14,831 nucleotides of DNA from Candidatus Hydrogenedentota bacterium (GCA_046583315.1 JAYGCN010000003.1:1-14831); one strand, 5' to 3'; positions 1 through 8,066 are shown, numbered from the stretch's first letter. The notes: generated from the sequence alone by a model not told the origin. Translations and numbers: made by a program.

Positions 1-1053
1 CTGGTGCCATTTACTCTAGCCGCGTTTCTGACGCTCGTCATGGTTCCGGTGGTTGACTTCCTAATCAAACACTTACGCGTGCCGCGACCGATCGCGTTGA
101 TTCTGACGATGGGCATTGGATTCCTCATAGTGCTCGGCATCGCTTCGATTGTTTCTGTTTCTGTCAGTCAATTCGCAGCCAATGCAGGCCAATATGAAAG
201 TCAATTGTCGAAACTTGTTGAGCAGGCAGAGGAAAAAATTCCTATCGATAGGATTCTTGCTACATTGGGTGCAGGCAATCCTGCGGAAGTATCTGATACG
301 AACGAGGTGGGGATTGATGTGGCTTCGGCAATTCAAGAGGATTCCGCTGGTGTCGAAATCGGGGAAGACGGGGAGGAGAGGTCTGCATTTGATGTATCGG
401 CTCTCTTGCCGCCGGGCACTATTAAGGGCTTCGTCGGTCAGCTGTCGACGGGTGTGCTTGCCGTGTTGTCCAATGGATTCCTGGTCATGTTGTTCACTGC
501 ATTTCTGCTAACCGGAGGAACGACATCCAGTCGTACAAAATCGCACGGGGGCGTGATCGGAGAGATCCAGTCCCGGGTACAGAAATATATTGCCATTAAA
601 ATTGTGCTATCCGGCGTTACCGGTTTTCTCGTATTCATCATTCTCAAGGTACTCGGTGTTGATTACGCGCTGTCCTTCGGTACCTTTGCATTTATTCTGA
701 ATTTTATTCCGAATCTTGGTTCGCTTGTTGCCACATTTTTGCCCATACCTATCGTGCTTCTGACACCGGATGTCTCGACGATGACGGTCGTGCTTGTTTT
801 CGCTTTGCCCATGGCCGTACAGATCTTGATCGGAAGCATACTGGAACCAAAAATTATGGGGGATACGCTCGGATTGCACCCTGTTGTGATCTTGATGGCA
901 TTAATTTTCTGGGGCATGTTGTGGGGATTTTCCGGAATGTTGCTCGCGGTGCCAATGACGGCCATTGCGAAAATTATTTTCGAGCGTATTGAAGTAACCA
1001 AGCCGATGGCTGCTATCATGGCGGGGCGGCTGGACTCGCTGGATGAGACCTGA
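1..1053 (+). CDS. AI-2E family (PerM/TqsA-like) transporter, 5'-truncated by the window edge
   Basis: The frame is open from base 1 (ctg gtg cca = L V P) and ends at TGA 1051-1053. Multiple hydrophobic helices. Family motifs LNFIPNLGS, ILEPKIMGDTLGLHPVVILMALIFWGMLWGFSGMLLAVP. Confidence 0.92.
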   Translation: MVPFTLAAFLTLVMVPVVDFLIKHLRVPRPIALILTMGIGFLIVLGIASIVSVSVSQFAANAGQYESQLSKLVEQAEEKIPIDRILATLGAGNPAEVSDTNEVGIDVASAIQEDSAGVEIGEDGEERSAFDVSALLPPGTIKGFVGQLSTGVLAVLSNGFLVMLFTAFLLTGGTTSSRTKSHGGVIGEIQSRVQKYIAIKIVLSGVTGFLVFIILKVLGVDYALSFGTFAFILNFIPNLGSLVATFLPIPIVLLTPDVSTMTVVLVFALPMAVQILIGSILEPKIMGDTLGLHPVVILMALIFWGMLWGFSGMLLAVPMTAIAKIIFERIEVTKPMAAIMAGRLDSLDET

Positions 1054-1094
1054 CGAGCAATCGATAGTCTAACCAAAGAACACCGGAGTAAACC

Positions 1095-1976
1095 ATGCGG
1101 CGAATTTTCCTTAGCGTTTTAGTGATCGGTATTGTCGTGTTGAGTCTGGCATCTGTCGCGTGCGCGGAGACTCTGGAGCCCATTGTCCTGTGGCCCAATG
1201 GCGCACCGGGAGCGGAGGGCAATCGGGATAGAGATGTTCCCCAGATCGTACCGTGGATTCCTGAACAGGGCAACGGAGCGGCGCTTGTCGTGGCTCCGGG
1301 TGGCGGATATGGCGGGCTGACTGATGATCATGAAGGTAAGCAAATTGCCGAGTGGTTGAACAGTCACGGTATCGCGGCGTTCGTGTTGCGGTATCGTCAC
1401 GGGCCGCATTATGGACATCCGTATCCGTGGCTGGATGCGCAGCGGGCGATACGGACGGTGCGCGTGCTCGCCTCGGAGTGGGGTATCGATCCGGACAAAA
1501 TTGGCATGGTCGGATTTTCCGCGGGCGGGCATCTTACCGCGACGATGGGTACGCAAAACGATGTGGGTGACGTGAATTCCCAAGATCCTGTTGAACGATT
1601 TAGTTCGCGGCCGGATTTTCTGGTGCTCGGGTATCCCGTGATTACCATGACCGACCCGCACACCCATAGAGGATCGCGACGGAACCTGCTGGGGACGAAG
1701 CCGAGTGCGGAGATGATTGAAAAGATGTCCGCAGAGAACAATGTGACTGCCGAGACACCGCCAACGTTTTTGTTTCATACGACGGAGGACAAGTCGGTCG
1801 ACGTGGAGAACCCGATTGGATTTTATCTTGCGTTGCAAGAACATGAGGTGCCTACGGAGTTTCACATTTATGAGCAGGGGCGCCACGGTCTGGGGCTTGC
1901 AAAGGACAATCCGGCGATGTCGGCTTGGCCAGACCAATGTATTACATGGCTCAAGGTGCGCGGGTTCCTAGAATGA
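1095..1976 (+). CDS. Secreted alpha/beta hydrolase (HSL-like carbohydrate/acetyl esterase, BD-FAE-like)
   Basis: GGAG RBS at 1085-1088. N-terminal signal peptide MRRIFLSVLVIGIVVLSLASVACA. Oxyanion motif PGGGY, nucleophile elbow GFSAGG, acid in TPPTFLFHTTED, His in GRHGLG. Confidence 0.9.
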   Translation: MRRIFLSVLVIGIVVLSLASVACAETLEPIVLWPNGAPGAEGNRDRDVPQIVPWIPEQGNGAALVVAPGGGYGGLTDDHEGKQIAEWLNSHGIAAFVLRYRHGPHYGHPYPWLDAQRAIRTVRVLASEWGIDPDKIGMVGFSAGGHLTATMGTQNDVGDVNSQDPVERFSSRPDFLVLGYPVITMTDPHTHRGSRRNLLGTKPSAEMIEKMSAENNVTAETPPTFLFHTTEDKSVDVENPIGFYLALQEHEVPTEFHIYEQGRHGLGLAKDNPAMSAWPDQCITWLKVRGFLE

Positions 1977-2006
1977 AAAACGCGCGACCTGTTTCCAGGC
2001 CGCGCG
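1976..2006 (-). terminator. Rho-independent terminator of the SDR-ending minus-strand transcript (hairpin may also act on the convergent hydrolase mRNA)
   Basis: The minus strand reads CGCGCGGCCUG-GAAA-CAGGUCGCGCG-UUUUU: 11-bp stem with one G-U pair, GNRA tetraloop and U tract, starting 24 nt after the SDR stop codon. Confidence 0.88.
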
Positions 2007-2030
2007 ATGATTCGATTCTCTATTCTATTT

Positions 2031-2942
2031 TTATCCCTGCAACGAAGTCAGATTCTGGACAATTCCTGCGATGGATTCGCCTGAATTTGCCGGGTATTGC
2101 GGGTCACTGAAGTCTGTGATGCCGTCCCAGTTGTCTTTGATGGCTTCGAGGGATACACCGTCTTTCAGGGGGATACCCACGCCAGCGGAGCGCTGCCAGC
2201 GGAGTTTTCCGTACCAGCCTGCACCAACTTCAAAGAGCGATCCAGTCTCTTTACAGTCGTCGTGGCACAACCATGCGACGAGGGGGCTGACGTATTCGGG
2301 TTTTAGATTCTCGATGAGCTCGGGCGGCATGAGTCCTTCGGTCATGCGGGAACCGGCGGTAGGGGCGATGGAGTTTACGTGGATGTTCTTGTTGTGGCCT
2401 TCGATGGCGAGTGTGTTGGTGAATCCGTGCAAACCGAGCTTGGCCATGCCGTAGTTGGCCTGTCCAAAGTTGCCGTAGATGCCGGTCGAGGAGCAGGTGT
2501 TGATGACGCGGCCGTATTCCTGTTCGCGCAGATGCGGCCATGCGGCGTGGGTGACTTTGTAGCTACCGAGTACGTGTACACGGTAGACCAGATCCCAATC
2601 TTCATCGGTCATTTTCTGGAAACTCTTATCGCGCAAAATCCCGGCGTTGTTGACAACGATGTCGATGCGTTTGTAATTGTCCAACGCGGTCTGGACGATG
2701 GATTCGCCGTCTTCTACGGAATCGAAGTTTGCGACGGCTTCACCGCCGTCTGCTTTAATCTCGTCTACCACTGTCTGCGCAGGGCCTTCACTTGAACCGT
2801 CACCGGTGACCGCGCCGCCCAGGTCATTCACGATGACTGCGGCACCACGACTCGCCAGCAATTTTGCATGGGCACGACCGAGTCCGCCGCCTGCACCTGT
2901 GACGATGGCTACGCGGCCATCAAATCGAATTTCGTCTGACAT
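2031..2942 (-). CDS. Short-chain dehydrogenase/reductase, MFE-2/HSD17B4-type hydroxyacyl-CoA dehydrogenase
   Basis: TGAGGGLG Rossmann motif, VNDLGG, NNAGILRDKSF, GNFGQANYGMAK (YxxxK) and C-terminal LFEVGAGWYGKLRWQRS, typical of the MFE-2 dehydrogenase domain. AAGGAG RBS at 2953-2958. Confidence 0.9.
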   Translation of the reverse strand: MSDEIRFDGRVAIVTGAGGGLGRAHAKLLASRGAAVIVNDLGGAVTGDGSSEGPAQTVVDEIKADGGEAVANFDSVEDGESIVQTALDNYKRIDIVVNNAGILRDKSFQKMTDEDWDLVYRVHVLGSYKVTHAAWPHLREQEYGRVINTCSSTGIYGNFGQANYGMAKLGLHGFTNTLAIEGHNKNIHVNSIAPTAGSRMTEGLMPPELIENLKPEYVSPLVAWLCHDDCKETGSLFEVGAGWYGKLRWQRSAGVGIPLKDGVSLEAIKDNWDGITDFSDPQYPANSGESIAGIVQNLTSLQG

Positions 2943-2985
2943 GGTTTACATTCTCCTTACACGTTGGGTTTGATAGTGATTTTGA

Positions 2986-3525
2986 TTAGCAAGACATCTC
3001 ATACAACTTGAGTACGGACTTCCAGTTCCGGGTGGTTGCGTCTACGCCGAGCTTCTGTTCGACCAAGTTATTCGACAGGTTGCTCTTGGCGTATCCGTTT
3101 GGACAGTACGAATAGGTTTCCTTGTCGAGCACAGACAGCCTATCAGGAGCACGCACACTGTCCTGCAATTTGGCAACGTTTTGATGCGTAGACTTATCGG
3201 AAAGAAACGTGACCAATACCGTCGTTTCATTATCGTCCATGTTTAGATCGGTAAACGGGTTATTCTCAATCGTGCGTTCGAGTTCACGGCGCGTGCGTAA
3301 CAATACAGGGACATGAAATCCGAATGTTTCTTCGATTTCGGCTTCGATCAGATTGATCTGTGCCTTCCGGCCGCCTCCCGTGGACGTGAACGCGACATTG
3401 CCGCTCTGTATATACGATTCGATACCGCTAAATCCAAGCGACTCGTAAAGTGCTCTCAGGTCGGCCATTTTGATGGATTTGTGGCCGCCAATATTTATGC
3501 CGCGAAGAATCGAAACGTATTTCAT
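2986..3525 (-). CDS. DUF1697 family protein (179 aa)
   Basis: Start re-assigned to ATG 3525. Family signature MKYVSILRGINIGGHKSIKMADLR...SYIQSGNV and C-terminal ATTRNWKSV. Lies 14 bp after the acyl-CoA dehydrogenase stop. Confidence 0.85.
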   Translation of the reverse strand: MKYVSILRGINIGGHKSIKMADLRALYESLGFSGIESYIQSGNVAFTSTGGGRKAQINLIEAEIEETFGFHVPVLLRTRRELERTIENNPFTDLNMDDNETTVLVTFLSDKSTHQNVAKLQDSVRAPDRLSVLDKETYSYCPNGYAKSNLSNNLVEQKLGVDATTRNWKSVLKLYEMSC

Positions 3526-3539
3526 AACATCAAGTCCCG

Positions 3540-4685
3540 CTAAAAGCCCATTGAACGCCCGATGATTTCGCGCATGACTTCGTTGGTACCGCCGAAGATA
3601 CGTGAGATGCGACCGTCGCAGTACATTTTGGCAATAGGGTATTCCGTCATGTAACCGTATCCGCCGTGCAGTTGCAGGCATTGGTCCACGACCTTGCATT
3701 GTAGCTCCGTTGTCCAGTACTTGCCCATCGCAGCCTTCTCCACGGAGAGTTTTCCTTCGTTTACGAGTTCGAGGGAATGGTCTATGAAGACGCGGGCAAT
3801 TTCGATTTCCGTTTTCATTTCGGCCAGTTTGAATCGAGAATTTTGGAATTTACCGATTTCTTTTCCGAAGGCTTTGCGTTCGTGGCAATAAGCGATGGTC
3901 TGGCGCAGAGCTTCTTCGCAGGTGGCGACGGCGGCAATCGAGATGCTGAGGCGTTCTTCGGGAAGTTGCTGCATCAGTTGGACGAAGCCTTGGCCTTCCA
4001 CGCCTCCGAGCAAGTTTTCTTTGGGGACGTGAACGTTTTCGAAGAAAAGCTCAGCGGTATCTTGCGCGTGCAGACCTATCTTGTCGAGTTTGTTTCCTTC
4101 GGCGCAGCCCTCCCAGTCGGACTCCACCAGCAACAGGCTCATGGATTGATGGCCGGGTTCTTTGCTGGTGCGCGCGACGATAATGTTCAAGTTGGCGAGC
4201 ATCCCGTTGGTGATGAAAGTCTTCTGTCCGTTCATCAGATAGTGATCGCCGCGATCTTCAGCGAAGGTTTTAATACCCTGTAAGTCGCTGCCGGTGCCGG
4301 GTTCGGTCATGGAGATGGCCGTGATGATTTCGCCGGAGATCATACCGGGTAGGTATTTCTTTTTCTGCTCTTCGGTGCCGTAGTTGACGAGGTACCCGAC
4401 GGTGATGTCGTTTTGAAGTGTGAAGCCGGGTCCGGAGCATCCTGCGGTGGACAGTTCTTCACCGACAATGGCGTTGTAGCGGAAATCCTTGATGCCGAGG
4501 CCGCCGTACTCTTCAGGAACACTCATGCACAGGAAACCGTTGTCACCTGCTTTTTTCCAGACTTCGCGAGAGACCATGCCGTCTTTTTCCCATTGGGCGT
4601 GATGGGGAATGACTTCCTGTTCGAGGAATTTCCGGAAGGAATCGCGGAACATGTTGTGTTCTTCTTCGAATATTGTGCGGTCCAT
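3540..4685 (-). CDS. Acyl-CoA dehydrogenase, long-chain (LCAD)-like subtype (381 aa)
   Basis: Start re-assigned to ATG 4685 (GGAG RBS at 4694-4697). Motifs SMTEPGTGSDLQG, NGQKTFITNG, KIGLHAQDTAELFF, LPEERL, CLQLHGGYGY, RIFGGTNE. Confidence 0.93.
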   Translation of the reverse strand: MDRTIFEEEHNMFRDSFRKFLEQEVIPHHAQWEKDGMVSREVWKKAGDNGFLCMSVPEEYGGLGIKDFRYNAIVGEELSTAGCSGPGFTLQNDITVGYLVNYGTEEQKKKYLPGMISGEIITAISMTEPGTGSDLQGIKTFAEDRGDHYLMNGQKTFITNGMLANLNIIVARTSKEPGHQSMSLLLVESDWEGCAEGNKLDKIGLHAQDTAELFFENVHVPKENLLGGVEGQGFVQLMQQLPEERLSISIAAVATCEEALRQTIAYCHERKAFGKEIGKFQNSRFKLAEMKTEIEIARVFIDHSLELVNEGKLSVEKAAMGKYWTTELQCKVVDQCLQLHGGYGYMTEYPIAKMYCDGRISRIFGGTNEVMREIIGRSMGF

Positions 4686-4724
4686 GACCTGATCTCCGTT
4701 TAAAAATGGGTGAAAAATGAATGC

Positions 4725-4753
4725 TTTACAAGGGCGTATCGACAAATTATAAT
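4725..4753 (+). promoter_or_regulatory. Putative sigma70 promoter for tetR
   Basis: TTTACA (4725-4730), 17-bp spacer, perfect TATAAT (4748-4753), within an AT-rich intergenic region. Confidence 0.6.
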
Positions 4754-4768
4754 GACTGATGTAAATTT

Positions 4769-4798
4769 ATTATAGACGTTTGAAAATTGTAACGTCAA
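4769..4798 (-). promoter_or_regulatory. Putative sigma70 promoter for the ACAD-DUF1697-SDR operon
   Basis: Minus strand TTGACG (4798-4793), 18-bp spacer, perfect TATAAT (4774-4769). Confidence 0.62.
4775..4796. promoter_or_regulatory. Candidate TetR operator (inverted repeat)
   Basis: GACGTT-N10-AACGTC. It fills the spacer of the minus-strand promoter, overlaps its -35 box, and lies just downstream of the predicted tetR start site. Confidence 0.45.
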
Positions 4799-4834
4799 GC
4801 ATAATATTATGATGGCTATTGGAAAAGGCAACTT

Positions 4835-5458
4835 ATGAACGCGAAACCCAAAAAATCGACCCTTATCGAAGAGGTGCGTCGCAAACAGGTCATCGATACG
4901 GCTATTGAAGCCATTGCTTCCGAAGGTTTCACTCAGATCACTATTGCGGAAATTGCCAAACGGGTCGGGGTGAGTACCGGGGTCATCACCTATCATTTCA
5001 AGAACAAGGATGATTTGCTGGAGCAGTGCATCCGGAAACTTTTTGAGGCACCGAACGCGTTTGTCATCGAGCAGGTGGATCTGCAACACAATTTTTCGCG
5101 CAAACTCAAGGTGTTCATCGAAGCCAATGTCGAATTCATGCTCAAACACCGCAATCACTCGATCGCGATGGTGTCGTCATTTGGGGCATTCAACTCTGAG
5201 GCCGCGCGGCACCGAATCCTGACGCGGCAATACACAAAAATCCGTACTTACCTGACACGCATTCTCGATGGCGGAAAATCGTCCGGTGATTTCCGCGATT
5301 TTTCGAGTGACGCGATGGCGCAGATAATATTTGGTACGCTTGAAGGCCTTATGAATCAATGGGTCCTCAGTGAAAAAGAGGTCGATTTACCGCTCTGTGC
5401 CGAAACGCTTGTAGACATGGTCCACCGCGAAGTGTCTATGCACACGAATCTTCCCTAA
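4835..5458 (+). CDS. TetR/AcrR family transcriptional regulator
   Basis: N-terminal HTH RRKQVIDTAIEAIASEGFTQITIAEIAKRVGVSTGVITYHFKNKDDL; 207 aa; divergent from the acyl-CoA dehydrogenase gene. Confidence 0.95.
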   Translation: MNAKPKKSTLIEEVRRKQVIDTAIEAIASEGFTQITIAEIAKRVGVSTGVITYHFKNKDDLLEQCIRKLFEAPNAFVIEQVDLQHNFSRKLKVFIEANVEFMLKHRNHSIAMVSSFGAFNSEAARHRILTRQYTKIRTYLTRILDGGKSSGDFRDFSSDAMAQIIFGTLEGLMNQWVLSEKEVDLPLCAETLVDMVHREVSMHTNLP

Positions 5459-5467
5459 CGCCGAAGT

Positions 5468-7261
5468 CTAATTTTGATACTCGGGTAATGCGCCCTGTAA
5501 TTCATCGACCTTTTCCGCGACGTATTTCTGGAGGTCGAGTCGTTTTCGGGGAAGGGGTAACCACGCATTCAGTGTCGTGAGTTGTTCGCGTAGTGCATCC
5601 CCTTTGAAGAGATTCGTTGCAATATTCGTGGCTTCCTGACGAACGCGGTCGGCCGCGATTTCGAAGTAGAGACGTGCGAGCGCTTCTGGAAGTTCCGTGT
5701 CTTGATCGGGCTGGTGTGCTTTCAATTTGAGTACGCGTAATATCGTGCTTTCGATCGCGTAGGTTTCAATTGCGATATCGGAAAGATTCAACAAGTATTG
5801 CTGATTTTCGTTCAGCATCACTGCTTCCTGACCGACGTTTTCAAGAATTTGGCCTAGCATGTAGGCGAAAATCTTTTTGAATTCGAGGACTTGTCGATGC
5901 ATCGATTCCAGGTCGTCGCCTTGCCCCACACTGCTGTCCGCTAGGTCCGAGGTCGTTACGCCCTGGATTGCGGAATCCATGTCAAGCTCACCACGACGTG
6001 CTTTGCGGAACATGGCTTTCATGGAGCTCAGACGGCATATTTCGCTGGTGCCTTCGTAGATGCGGGCGATGCGCCAATCGCGGAACATGCGTGCGGGTGC
6101 GTATTCTTCGCTGTATCCATAGCCGCCGTGTACTTGCAGTGCGTGGTCGGCCAGAATGTTGACCATTTCCGATCCGTGGACTTTTGAGAACGCGCATTCG
6201 ATGGAGAATTCCGCCATGACTTTGAGTTTGGTGTCGACGGACTTGCGGGCTTCCTCACCCATGGCTTCAATGGCGTTGTAGACGAGTCCTGCGGTGCGGT
6301 AGGCGTTCGATTGGCTGGCATAGAGGCGTGCGGCCATGTCGGCGATTTTCGTTTGAATGGCCCCGAATTCAGCGATGGGATTTCCGAATTGTAAGCGTTC
6401 GGCGGCGTATTGGGCTGCAACCACGAGCGCTTTTTTTCCGCCACCTACGCAGTTGGTCGCCATTTTCATTCGGCCCAGGTTGAGTGTACACATGGCGACG
6501 AGATGGCCTTTGCCGATTTCACCGAGAACGTTTTCAACGGGGATATGAACGTCTTCCAGGATGATGGGGCATACGGAGGAACCGCGGATTCCGAGTAGGT
6601 CTTCGTTTTTCTGTACGTTGACACCGTCGAATTTTCGTTCGCACAGGAAGGCGGTGAATTGCTGCCCGTCTACTTTCGCGAAAAGGATAAACAGGTCGGC
6701 CCAACCCGCGTTGGTGATCCATTGTTTTGAACCGTTGATGACGAAGTGGGTGCCGGCTTCATTGAGTATCGCCGTGGTCTTGATGTTCATTGCATCGGAG
6801 CCGGAGCTGGGTTCGGTCAATGCGAAGGCGGCCATCATTTTGCCCGACATTAACGGCTCCAGATACTTGTCGATCTGCTCCGGTGTACCGAAATTGATGA
6901 GTGGACCAGAGCCGATGCCCTGGTGCGCAAAGACGGTGGAGGAGAGCGATCCGAGATAGGAGCGAGACTCCATCATGCCAGCGATGCCGAGCACGTTGAG
7001 ACCCAGGCCGCCCAGTTCTTCGGGTACTTCGGCCATATAGATGCCGAGTTCCCCGGCTTTTTCGAACAGCGGGCGCACCACGTCAATGTTGCGTGCGTCA
7101 ACTTCATCGGCGACCGGCATGACGTCCTTCTCGGCAAAGTCTCGAATGGACTTCATCATCATGCGTTGTTCTTCGTCCATATCTTCGGGGGTGGTGATGT
7201 CTTCGGGGGAGGCGTCCTGAAAGAGGTAGGATGCGCCTCTGTGTTCCGTTGTCGTACTCAT
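5468..7261 (-). CDS. Acyl-CoA dehydrogenase, long form (about 600 aa; Bacillus FadE/VLCAD-like with C-terminal extension)
   Basis: AFALTEPSSGSDA, NGSKQWITNAG, LGIRGSS, LQVHGGYGYSEEY, RIARIYEGTSEI, followed by a roughly 180-aa helical C-terminal domain. Confidence 0.93.
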   Translation of the reverse strand: MSTTTEHRGASYLFQDASPEDITTPEDMDEEQRMMMKSIRDFAEKDVMPVADEVDARNIDVVRPLFEKAGELGIYMAEVPEELGGLGLNVLGIAGMMESRSYLGSLSSTVFAHQGIGSGPLINFGTPEQIDKYLEPLMSGKMMAAFALTEPSSGSDAMNIKTTAILNEAGTHFVINGSKQWITNAGWADLFILFAKVDGQQFTAFLCERKFDGVNVQKNEDLLGIRGSSVCPIILEDVHIPVENVLGEIGKGHLVAMCTLNLGRMKMATNCVGGGKKALVVAAQYAAERLQFGNPIAEFGAIQTKIADMAARLYASQSNAYRTAGLVYNAIEAMGEEARKSVDTKLKVMAEFSIECAFSKVHGSEMVNILADHALQVHGGYGYSEEYAPARMFRDWRIARIYEGTSEICRLSSMKAMFRKARRGELDMDSAIQGVTTSDLADSSVGQGDDLESMHRQVLEFKKIFAYMLGQILENVGQEAVMLNENQQYLLNLSDIAIETYAIESTILRVLKLKAHQPDQDTELPEALARLYFEIAADRVRQEATNIATNLFKGDALREQLTTLNAWLPLPRKRLDLQKYVAEKVDELQGALPEYQN

Positions 7262-7294
7262 GATCTGTAATCCTTTGTGGAAATGATTGTCGTG

Positions 7295-8053
7295 TTAGTC
7301 TTTTTTTGTAAATTCGGCGAGACGGTCGGCCGAATCGGGTATCTCGAATTCAAAATCGCCTTCGAAGGATAGCGCATTTTTTTCGGATTGGATGCCGCCT
7401 TTGTTGTATAGAATTTTGTAAGCCTCGAGCGAACCTGAGCTGTTCGCGACCAGTTTGTCGGTGAGTTCCTTGACAGAGGCGTCGAGTTCTTCGAGTGGCA
7501 CGGCGCGATTGGCCAGTCCACACTCAGCGGCTTGTGCACCAGTAAAGGTATCCGCGGTAAAGGAGAGTTCTTTGGCTTTGCGCATACCGACCGCGTTGGG
7601 GAGACGTGCGGACATGCCCCAAGTCGGTCGTAATCCCCATTTCGCGTGGGTGTCACCCAGTTTCGCTTCTTCGGCGACCCAAATAAGGTCGCAAGCCAGC
7701 GCGAGTTCGAGTGCTCCGGTGAAGCAGAAGCCATTGATTTTCGCGATGACGGGTTTGGGAGATTTGCGGATCGCTTTGATGAGTTTTCGTGCTGGTTTAT
7801 TGACGATATCGCCGATATCTCCTGCATCCGCTTTGCGACTCTGCAGATCTTTGAGGTCGAGACCGGCTGAGAACGCGCGGCCGGTGCCAGTGATGACGAT
7901 AGCGGACACCTCGTCGGACTTGCTGGCTGCTTTTACCGCCGAGCGAAGCTCTTCGAGCATGGTAATGGTGATGGCGTTCAGGGCCTCGGGGCGGTTGAGC
8001 GCAATGGTGGTCACGCCGTCTGCTTCTTCGACTGTAATGGCTTCGAAATCCAT
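7295..8053 (-). CDS. Enoyl-CoA hydratase/isomerase (crotonase) family protein
   Basis: LNRPEALNA, AFSAGLDL, KPVIAKINGFCFTGALELALACD, LGDTHAKWGLRPTWG. AGGAG RBS at 8060-8064. Confidence 0.92.
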   Translation of the reverse strand: MDFEAITVEEADGVTTIALNRPEALNAITITMLEELRSAVKAASKSDEVSAIVITGTGRAFSAGLDLKDLQSRKADAGDIGDIVNKPARKLIKAIRKSPKPVIAKINGFCFTGALELALACDLIWVAEEAKLGDTHAKWGLRPTWGMSARLPNAVGMRKAKELSFTADTFTGAQAAECGLANRAVPLEELDASVKELTDKLVANSSGSLEAYKILYNKGGIQSEKNALSFEGDFEFEIPDSADRLAEFTKKD

Positions 8054-8066
8054 GGAGTTCTCCTAG

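Noticed and set aside
1140..1170. Possible lipobox (SVAC) in the hydrolase signal peptide
   Set aside because: The -3 residue is Ser rather than L/V/I, and ACA fits a signal peptidase I A-x-A site better.
1119..1937. 272-aa minus-strand ORF antisense to the hydrolase
   Set aside because: Fully nested opposite a well-supported gene, Arg/His-rich and with no family motifs; a shadow ORF produced by codon bias.
2011..2032. Short ATTCT-like repeats next to the terminator
   Set aside because: Too short and degenerate; ordinary low-complexity 3' UTR sequence.
3526..3699. N-terminal extension of the DUF1697 ORF, suggesting a large overlap or frameshift fusion with ACAD
   Set aside because: The ACAD ends with a normal C-terminus (IIGRSMGF-stop), family similarity begins at ATG 3525, and no slippery site is evident.
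3777..4283. 168-aa plus-strand ORF antisense to ACAD (similarly 2379-2795)
   Set aside because: Codon-register mirror of the real gene, with no independent motifs.
4686..5158. ORF-track extension of ACAD to 4745 and the 152-aa minus-strand ORF 4700-5158
   Set aside because: They run through the AT-rich promoter region or antisense to tetR; a good RBS supports ATG 4685.
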